46,379 bases of DNA from positions 1 to 46,379 of the forward strand of contig JYFJ02003108.1 of NCBI GenBank assembly GCA_000934665.2, read 5' to 3'. Below the pieces are notes generated by a model. It did no database searches. It was not told the DNA's origin and worked only from the letters and a program-made list of their open reading frames with translations. Shown one piece after another: positions 37,674 to 46,379 of this stretch. The translations under genes and the position numbers were made by a program. The DNA is from Catajapyx aquilonaris (Eukaryota). The stretch's first letter is position 1; each line of letters begins with the position of its first letter.

Positions 37674-39235
37674 ATCTACACTATAGTGCGTGTATCTTAA
37701 GACACTCTCACAGCCTCGGAAGCTGCCTAATACCTAATGAAAGAGTATTCTAAATTAAAAGTGCATTGTCACATCTTTAAAAAATTTAAATGAAAACTTT
37801 GATACCGCGCAGAGAGACGCATACCTGCCAAAATGTTTTATACGAGGTACCCTCTTTTGTTTGAAGCCAATTATCTCGGTAACTAGCCTGCGGAGATCCA
37901 GTGAATTGATGGTTTGAACAAAATAATATAGGAAGACCATAAAGTCCCATACCATAGGACGAAACGACTACAGGTGTGTGTGTGGATGTGAGTACGTGTG
38001 AGGGTTCACTCCTGCTCTTCAATGCTGCTATTGTATTATTGCGAATGTTGTGAACTTCACATATTCAAAAAACTGGCCGTAAAATGAGCAAAAACTGATG
38101 ATTATGTAACTTTCACTGGTACAATCTTGAAACCTTTTACGTCTATATGTTGCCACAACTCACAGTCAGCTACATATGGAAATGAATAATGAATACCAAA
38201 TGACATTAAAAGACAAATTTTCTGCACGTAGATGTGTCACACCCACTAAAAGTGGACTTAGCAAATTTTGTTTCAATATCTCAGACCCCTCAATTGAGGT
38301 GTCTATTGTAGTTAGCAAAATTACATCATAAACGTTTAAAAAATTTAGTAAGTAATTGATTCACAAAAAATGCTTATTTTTTCTGATTTTTGTGAATATA
38401 TCCTAGATTCTTCCCATTTCCCATTCACATAATATATCATTTACCGAAGGCATTAAAAAGTGTTTACATGCAGCCATTAGTTTTCTTCCCTATTGCACAT
38501 GCTTTTGGCGTAGTCTGAAAGGGCTGCAGCAGCTTCTCTATCGTTTCTGCAATTCCTACTGGTAACCTCCTCATCGTCTTCGACGGAAGTCCCAGAGTGA
38601 ATGGTTCGGAGCGAAGTGGTCCGATGGTAGGCGCCGCTTGTCTACTTTCTCAATGTTCACACTCACAAGACGATTTAGCTCGGGCATAACCTAGTCCGGA
38701 GAGTCATACCCCAGCTGCCATCGACCTTCCTTCTTCTGACGGATGGTCTTCAGGGAGTTCGGTCTGGTAGGGAACATTTCTGATGGATCGTTCTGCAGGC
38801 GTCCAATCGGGAGATATCTGCTATGGCTTCCATTTTTGGAGAGCAACGTGCTCATATTTACCTGAAAGTTTTCTATCAGACGGCCGGAGTTATGCATATA
38901 TCATTACATTTAAAAAGGGTCTGGGACATCATTCGTAAAACCAAACCACCGACATCCGAAATACCTATATAACAAAATACCTACACTGCCGCAATACCAT
39001 TATACAGGCCACAATACCGACACACTGTACCTGTTTTTTACATAGGTCTACTGTATATAAGCAATCCAACGAAGGAAATCCAACACATGAACTTCTTCGC
39101 GATTTGCTATTGCCGTCTTAATTTATTATTTTCTCTCTTTATTGCTCATAATCACGTGTCTTCTTTAGACGGGGTTCCCCCCCTGATAACGGATTCCAAT
39201 ATTATATTGGAGTTTCAATTATTATTTTGTTATTT

Positions 39236-39440
39236 CCGTAGCTCCCAACTATTGTCTCGTATCGCCTATGCCAGGCTTCCACGTTGTTGGATCTATGCAG
39301 TATCGCCGGTATGTCTTCGTTGCTGTGGACGGACCACAGAGCTGCCGGATAAGAAGTGGCTGATCTGAAGTTCTCAAATCCGTTTCTAAGAATTCGTCGA
39401 AGCCTACCATGAACTAGGTTTCATCAAAATACTGGACTTT
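39236..39440 (-). mobile_element. Decayed Mutator-like (MULE) transposase fragment
   Basis: Minus strand, across frameshifts: QYFDET / VHGRLRRILRNG / YPAALWSVH / ILHRSNNVEAWHRRYETIVG, resembling the MULE P..LWSV...RTNN.VE.WHRR...VG motif. No TIRs located. Confidence 0.6.
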
Positions 39441-39751
39441 CTTTCTTACGTGTAACTCCATAGTACCCATGTACATTTCCCTGCATTAATGGCTATGCAC
39501 AGCCAGCGCCGAGATGTGGGAATAAACGGAAATAAGAGGCCGGGCACCGTCCAAAATACTTTGACAGCTCAAGAGCCTTTCTGTGGATGTCGCCTACTCT
39601 CGACCATTCCGATGAGAAAAATAATGAGATAATTTTCCGTACTAGCCAACATGAACTTCGACTTAGGGAGAGTGAAAATGCCTTGATATCCCATCGTAAG
39701 GCCCTGCCTGCACTTCGAGTTATGGAGAACTTCGACTTACGGAAGTTCGAC

Positions 39752-39903
39752 TTATACAAGTTTTACTGTATACATTACTTGGACAAGTAAGTTATACAAG
39801 TTTTACTGTATACATTACTTGGACAAGTAAGTTATACAAGTTTTACTGTATACATTACTTGGACAAGTAAGTTATACAAGTTTTACTGTATACATTACTT
39901 GGA
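39752..39903. repeat. Perfect 40-bp tandem repeat, 3.8 copies
   Basis: Unit TTATACAAGTTTTACTGTATACATTACTTGGACAAGTAAG; no spacers; abuts the LINE 5' junction. Confidence 0.96.
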
Positions 39904-42048
39904 GTCTTCCCTTCTTCGTGGAAGGTTTCCAGGGTGGTCTGGGTTCCGAAGAATGCTGAGGGAGCAGTTCGACCAATATGTCTGGCGCCAGCTTTGGGAA
40001 GGGTCCTGGATCGCATTTTGAATAACCGGCTCATGTATTGGTCAGAGAGCCAGGAGGTTCTAGACAATGCCCAATACGGCTTCCGACCACGGAGGGGTGT
40101 GGTGGAGGCTGTGGATAACCTTACTGATGGGATCCGACGAGCCTGGGCGAGGAAGGAACATTGTCTCCTGATCACCCTTGATGTACAGAATGCTTTTAAC
40201 AGCATTTTACATCACCATTTAATGCAGAGCCTGTTGTTGGAAGGCTGCCCCCAGGGACTAGCACGAATGATAGAAAGCTTTTTGGGCCCCAGGGAAATGA
40301 GATTGCCTGACCTTACATTCTTTATGACGAGAGGCTGCCCTCAGGGATCCAGTATGGGCCCCACCCTTTGGAACCTAGGAATGAATTCTTGGTTTCGAAG
40401 AATTCGGAGGACTGGGGTGAATCCACAAGCTTTTGCCGATGACCAGGTCCTGCTGCTGCATGATCCATATCTGGAGAATATCGAAATGATGTGGCAGAGT
40501 TTGGAGCCGGAGCTTAGTGGGTGGGCTAGTGAGTTGGGGCTGTGCTACAACTCCAGTAAGACGGAGGGCCTTTTCCTCCCATTTCATTCGTTGGAAGAGA
40601 AGCCGAGGGTTGCCTTCCAGGGAGAAAACATCACGTTGGGATTGACAGTCAGAGTCTTGGGCCTTCATCTCGACGCGCGCCTGACTTGGGTTTCACATGC
40701 CCGCATCATGAGAGACAAGGTGCGGGGGTTGGCGGCCAGGATCTGGAGGGTGGCAGGCCACAATTGGGGGATGGCCCCCCGTAGCAGACGTTTGGTTTTG
40801 CGTGGGGCCATTTTACCGATGCTGTTGTTCGGGTCCGAGGTGTGGGGTAGACGTGCAACCGATAGGCGCATCAGGTCCAGCCTGCAGGCTGCCATCCGAC
40901 CGATGCTTCTAGCTACAACTAGGACATATCGCACGACTTCCAATGTGCTGCTGAACGTCCTGGCCGGCTGTCCGCCTCCAGACTTGCAGGCTCAAGCTAG
41001 ATATCATGCTCATCTGGCCTTCCTGGAACAAAGAGCTGCCGGGACGACGGTGAGGAGCCAAGCGATGTACCATCTTGTTCCCCCTTGGCAGTGGGAGCGA
41101 CTAGATATACTGAAGTGGACGGAGTTTCCCAAGGGGGTGGACCTGTTCATCTTCACGGACGGGTCGGTCACGAGGGGCTACAAAGCTGGGGGGGCAATGG
41201 TATGCATCAATGGGTGAGGGGAAGAGCTGTTCGTTAGACGTGTCCCGTTCCTAGTGACGGCGGGTATATACGAGGTGGAGTTGGACATGTTGGAGAGGGC
41301 CATTGAGACGCTGGCGGATGTGCAACTTCCGGGAGGCAGCGTGACGTGGATTGTGTCCGACTCTCTGTCGGCCCTGCAGACTTTAGCAGACCCCAGACTC
41401 TCATCAATGGTGGCGGCCAGGACGAGGGAGGTAGTGCGCTCCATTTCGGCGGAGGTGACGCTATGTTGGGTCAAGGGGCATGATGGAGTCCTAGGAAACG
41501 AGCGAGCGGACACCGAAGCGCGGCGAGCGGCGGATCTGGTGGTGGGGCGGGCTTTCCTGCCAGAGACAGGAGCAGCGGTAAGGAGGAGGTGTTGGCGCCG
41601 ATCCCTGACGGACTGGCAGACGAGGTGGGCGGCGGACAGAGGGGATTGGTGCCATGCCTTTCTTCCAGAGGTGGAGTATAACCGTCACCTCCATGGACAT
41701 GTGGGTAGGATGATATCCGGTCATGGCCCTTTCCTGGCTTACCTCGCTCGGTTTAGGCTGAAAGGGAGGACGGAGGAGGATGCCCTATGCCCGTGCAACG
41801 GAGGTCGTCAGGATGCTGCTCATGTGTTATGGCATTGCACTATCCAGGAGGTGCTGGCTGCCAGGGGTCCCCTACTTTGTGCGGCCGTGTCACGAGGTCT
41901 GGGTTGGCCGTGCCCGAGGACGGCCTTCGTCACCTGTCTTTTTACGGGGACGGCCTTCGTCACCTGTCTTTTTACGGGGACGGCCTTCGTCACCTGTCTT
42001 TTTACGGAGTTCAATACCTTTTGCCTGACGGCAGACAAGGTATTATAA
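39901..42048 (+). pseudogene. LINE ORF2 remnant (reverse transcriptase, RNase H, CCHC) with one in-frame TGA at 41215-41217
   Basis: One frame throughout: GVFPSSWKVSRVVWVPK, RPICL, QYGFR, LDVQNAFN, GCPQGSSMGPTLWN, AFADD (RT); FTDGS, SDSLSAL, WVKGHDGVLGNERAD (RNase H); SGHGPFLAYLARF and CPC...HVLWHC. ORFs 39934-41217 and 41254-42048 are in the same frame. Confidence 0.95.
41918..42007 (+). repeat. In-frame 30-bp tandem triplication inside LINE ORF2
   Basis: GGACGGCCTTCGTCACCTGTCTTTTTACGG x3, encoding repeated TAFVTCLFT(G). Confidence 0.96.
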
Positions 42049-43216
42049 TTCCTAAATGCTTAGATGGTTGAATTATAATGGACTGATGACTGGTGGTCTG
42101 AACTATATGATGGACTGTTGATTGGTGATCTGAGCTTATGACGGACTGATGACTGGTGTGGTCTGGATGATTGGTGGCAGCCAAACGCGGAGGCGGCCAT
42201 GCGGCCGATGCTTCTGGCATGCCAAGTTGATGTTTTGTTCTGTATTAATTTTGTTGTAAATGTTGAGTGAATGGGCTGTTGGGCCTTAATGGCTTGGTCG
42301 GTCCAATAAATTCCAAATAGTATATATTACTTTTTACTGAAAAAATGAATCTTCTCCTGTCAGGTGCGATCGCCTTTTAAAATTATACTATATTTGATTA
42401 TAAACTTTTATCATTAACATTAGACAAGTTCCAATACTATAATTCAATTGTACATACCTGAAAGTATAAAACAATATGTTAAAAACAATTTAATCATTTG
42501 GAATGACCTTGGTGCAACATTTCAAATTGTCCCACGTTTTGAAGTCATTCTCCTGGCACAAGAGATAAAAAAAATTGCAGTGAAACAAATGGACTGTTAA
42601 AACAGATTTAGCTGGCAAAACAGCTTCCCTCCGCCATCTTGTTCTAGCCGATGACACTAGCATATAGAAGCCCAACAGTTCCGTTGTAAACAAGGACTGT
42701 CCCTGCTCAGTTATGCTGTTGACAAACAAAGGACACCGCCTGACATGGCCTCATGCCTTTTGAACTCAATATGACCCCATATTGTAGCCCAACAGGTCAA
42801 ATGTAAACACGGACTGTCATTGCTCAGTTATGTTGTTACCAATCAATACACCTTGCCTGACAGGGCCTACTAACTTTCGAAGACAATATGACAGCAGCAT
42901 ATCGAAGCGAAACAGTTCAGTTGCAAACAAGGATTGTCACTGCTCAGTTATGCAGTTGACAAACAAAGGACCCTGCCTGACATGGCCTGATGCCTTGTGA
43001 ACTCAATATGACCCCATATTGTAGCCCAACAGGTCAAAACCATGCAAGCAAGGACTGTCCCTGCTCAGTTATGTTGTTAACAATCAATACACCCAGCCTG
43101 ACATGGCCTCTTGCCTTTTGAAGACAATATGACAGCAGCATATCGAAGCGAAACAGTTCAGTTGTAAACAAGGACTCTCCTAGCTCAGTTATCCTGTTAA
43201 CAATCAATATACCCAG

Positions 43217-43787
43217 TTAAACAGGTATTCCATGTTTCTTCAAAAAATTGCAATTATTGGGTTCACAACGGATGACTTGGATACGATCGACCTGGGTCGT
43301 GCTCAAGATCTTATGTAACTTTTTTATCACGACGATGATCAAGCGAGACTGCATGCTTCGTCAAGATATGGGTCAACTTGTAATGATTTGCCAAATAATG
43401 ATGGAAAACTATTTTTTGTTCAATCTTCCCCTACCCCATTTAAGGCTCTGGCTCAACCTGAAAAACAATTCAAGTTCTGTTTATGTGGTAGTTCATAAAA
43501 TTGCGTTTCCCCCTGTGCAGGTGGGTGATTGGTGCAATTTGGGTCTAGACTTTACCTACCATCATTTGTTCGTTTGAATGCCCCATTTTTCACACCCCTC
43601 ATACGAACTATTTGAAAGATGTTACACGTTGCCCACCAAATCAGATGTACTTGTTGTTTGCAGAACCAACTATACAGTTTATTTTTGACATTCACAATTT
43701 TTTTTTGCCATGTAAGCAGATTTATGTCCTTGTGTGATGGGTAAGGTGTGTCCCCCTATAGGAGCTCTGCTAGAAAATGGGGTAGTA

Positions 43788-43854
<67 letters not shown>

Positions 43855-43855
43855 A
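43217..43855 (+). mobile_element. 5'-truncated retroposon (probable LINE 3' end) inserted in the satellite
   Basis: Non-satellite sequence ending in (TAAA)n; flanked by diverged duplication AATATACCCAG (43206-43216) / AATACACGCAG (43856-43866); HKIAFPPVQVGDWCNL loosely resembles the LINE C-terminal SFFPR...DWN.L motif. Confidence 0.7.
43788..43855. repeat. (TAAA)17 microsatellite tail
   Basis: Read directly. Confidence 0.95.
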
Positions 43856-44378
43856 AATACACGCAGCCTGACTGGGTCTCTTGCCTTTTGAAGACAATAT
43901 GACAGCATCATATCGAAGGGAAACAATTAAGTTGTAGACAAGGACTGTGCCTGCTCAGTTATGCTCTTGACAAACAAAGGACCCTGCCTGACATGGCCTC
44001 ATGCCTTTTGAACTCAACATGACCTAATATTGTAGCCCAATAGGTTAAATGTAAACAAGGACTGTCCCTGCTCAGTTATGCTGTTGACAAACAAAGGACC
44101 CTGCCTGACATGGCCTCATACCTTTTGAACTCAATATGACCTCATATTGTAGCCCAATAGTTCAAATGTAAACAAGGACTGTCCCTGCTCAGTTATGCTG
44201 TTGACAAACAAAGCACTCTGCCTGACAGGGCCTTGCCTTTTGAAGACAATATGACAGCAGCATATCGATGCGAAACAGTTCAGTTGTAAACAAGGACTGT
44301 CCCTGCTCAGTTATGCTGTTAACAATCAATACACCCAGCCTGACAGGGCTTCTTGCCTTTTGAAGAAAATATGACAGC

Positions 44379-44624
44379 TGTAGTGATCTAGTCCTGGCAA
44401 CAAGACTGTTTACTGTTTTCAGGAGAATGCTTGTGGTTAATGGTCACGGTTGCTATGTAGCCAAGGTATTGTGGGATTTGAGAGTGTTTGGAACTAGAGT
44501 CGTTGAGTGACTGTTCTAGAGATCAGACGTTTATTTGTACCTGTGAGAAGAATATACAACTTAAAGCTGTCAGGTGCCTATTATTCATCGTGGTGTTCCT
44601 GACGTGGGATCAGGGGACACTACA
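44379..44624. mobile_element. 246-bp solo LTR, Gypsy-like (4-bp TSD)
   Basis: TGTAGTG...CACTACA inverted termini (TG...CA); CAGC duplicated at 44375-44378 and 44625-44628 relative to the satellite consensus ATGACAGCAGCAT. Confidence 0.85.
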
Positions 44625-45181
44625 CAGCAGCATAACGAAGGGAAACAGTTTAGTTGTAGACATGGACTGTCCCTGCTCAGTTATGCTGTTGACAAACAAA
44701 ACACTCTGCCTGACAGGGCCTATTGGCTTTTCAAGACAATATGACAGCAGCATATCGAAGCGAAACAGTTCAGTTGTAAACAAGGACTGTCCTAGCTCAG
44801 TTATCCTGTTAACAATCAATACACCCAGCCTGACAGGGCTTCTTGCCTTTTGAACACAATATGACCTCATATTGTAGCCCAATAGTTCAAATGTAAACAA
44901 GGACTGTCCCTGCGCAGTTATGTTGTTGACAAACAAAACACTCTGCCTGACAGGGCTTCTTGCCTTGTGAACTCAATATGACCCCATATTGTAGCCCAAC
45001 AGTTCAAATGTAAACAAGGACAGTCCCTGCTCAGTTATGATGTTAACAATCAATACACCTTGCCTGACAGGGCCTCCTGCCTTTTGAACTCAATATAACC
45101 TCATATTGTAGTCCAACAGTTCAAATGTAAACAAGGACAGTCCCTGCTCAGTTATCCTGTTAACAATCAATACACCCAGGC

Positions 45182-45510
45182 AGGGAGACGGAGTGGAGCC
45201 GCGGTAACGCGTGCGCCCACGGAAGTTAAGGTCCCGGGTTCAATCCCCACCCGGGGTTCCCACCTTCTTTCGTGCAGAGTTGGGCCATCTCTGGCTTCGT
45301 TTCGGGTGGCAATTTCCGATAGACTAAGCCACCCGGGGGAGTTCACAAAATGACCAATTAACGACAGCGCACATGCACTTTGCACATCCCCTCCTAATTA
45401 CCCTTGGAGCAATTAGAAATACGTATATGTATCGCTCCAAACCACAAATGGTGGTAACCCACCCCCCTAGAAATGGCCTATATGCCAGATAACGGGGTAC
45501 AGGAAAAAAA
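45182..45510 (+). mobile_element. tRNA-derived SINE, family A, copy 2
   Basis: Homologous to 1345-1635; box B GGTTCAATCC; short poly-A; perfect 13-bp TSD AATACACCCAGGC at 45169-45181 and 45511-45523. Confidence 0.93.
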
Positions 45511-46269
45511 AATACACCCAGGCTGACAGGGCCTCCTGCCATGTGAAGACAATATGACAGCAGCATATCGAATCGAAACAGTTCAGTTGTAAACAAGGAC
45601 TGTCCCTGCTCAGTTATGCTGTTAACAATCAATACACCCAGCCTGACAGGGTCTCCTGCCTTTTCAAGACAATATGACAGCAGCATATCGAAGCGAAACA
45701 GTTCCGTTGTAAACAAGGACTGTCCCTGCTCAGTTATGCTGTTGACAAACAAAGGACCCTGCCTGACATGGCCTCATACCTTTTGAACTCAACATGACCT
45801 CATATTGTAGCCCAATAGTTCAAATGTAAACAAGGACTGTCCCTGCGCAGTTATGTTGTTGACAAACAAAACACTCAGCCTGACAGGGCCTCTTGCTTTT
45901 TGAAGACAATATGACAGCTGCATATAAGCGAAACAGTTCAGTTGTAAACAAGGACTGTCCCTGCTCAGTTATGCTGTTAACAATCAATCCACCCAGCCTG
46001 ACAGGGTCTCTTGCCTTTTCAAGACAATATGACAGCAGCATATCGAATGGAAACAGTTAAGTTGTTGACAAGGATTGTCCCTGCTCAGTTATGCTGTAGA
46101 CAAAGGACCCTGCCTCACATGGCCTCATGCCTTGTGAACTCAATATGACCCCATATTGTAGCCCAACAGTTCAAATGTAAACAAGGACAGTCCCTGCTCA
46201 GTTATGATGTTAACAATCAATACACCTTGCCTGACAGGGCCTCTTGCCTTTTGAAGACAATATGACAGG

Positions 46270-46379
46270 TGTAATGATCGATTCCTGGCAACAAGACTGT
46301 TTACTGTTTTCAGGAGAATGCTTGTGGTTAATGGTCACGGTTCCTATGTAGCCAAGGTATTGTGGGATTTGAGAGTGTT
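46270..46379. mobile_element. Second copy of the LTR, cut by the window end
   Basis: Near-identical to the first 110 bp of 44379-44624 (a few substitutions), again directly after satellite AATATGACAG(C/G). Confidence 0.88.

Larger units (their letters stand above)
39901..42319 (+). mobile_element. 5'-truncated non-LTR retrotransposon, R1/I group, with RNase H
   Basis: RT-RNase H-zinc knuckle coding region followed by a 3' UTR with AATAAA at 42305-42310; putative 13-bp TSD GTATACATTACTT (39888-39900) / GTATATATTACTT (42320-42332); sharply higher GC than the flanks; no endonuclease domain or ORF1. Confidence 0.95.
42650..46269. repeat. Satellite array, about 20 monomers of 117-120 bp in two subtypes
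   Basis: Core GTAAACAAGGACTGTCCCTGCTCAGTTATG recurs with spacings of 117 (44066 to 44183; 45724 to 45841) or 120 (45604 to 45724); interrupted by four insertions; probably continues beyond the window. Confidence 0.96.

Noticed and set aside
39752..39903. CRISPR-like short repeats
   Set aside because: Head-to-tail units with no unique spacers, no cas genes and a eukaryotic context. The same applies to the 117/120-bp satellite.
40375..42220. Antisense and alternate-frame ORFs over the LINE
   Set aside because: By-products of the GC-rich ORF2 sequence.

Overview
Eukaryotic, probably arthropod, genomic DNA (interstitial (TTAGG)n, tRNA-derived SINEs, R1/I-group LINE). I recognise no intact host protein-coding gene, rRNA, true tRNA or CRISPR array. 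About 1.7-27 kb is mostly unique non-coding sequence with GA/CT-rich and G/C-run tracts, like a large intron or regulatory interval, with a few TE relics. About 27-46 kb is TE-dense: hAT and palindromic MITEs, a Buster/Charlie-type hAT deletion derivative, a MULE relic, a second SINE family, and a 5'-truncated RT-RNase H non-LTR retrotransposon (39901-42319) with one in-frame stop. The window ends in a 117/120-bp satellite array interrupted by four insertions. The most interesting observations are: (1) insertions recur at the same positions of the satellite monomer; (2) a perfect 40-bp tandem array containing a fold-back palindrome sits exactly at the LINE 5' junction; (3) four separate retroposed inserts share one 3'-end architecture; (4) a fold-back is made of two mariner 3' ends; (5) an isolated G:U-rich miRNA-like hairpin lies next to a TATA/Inr-like promoter. 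All calls are by eye; no searches were run. I found no strong evidence for a novel protein-based system.
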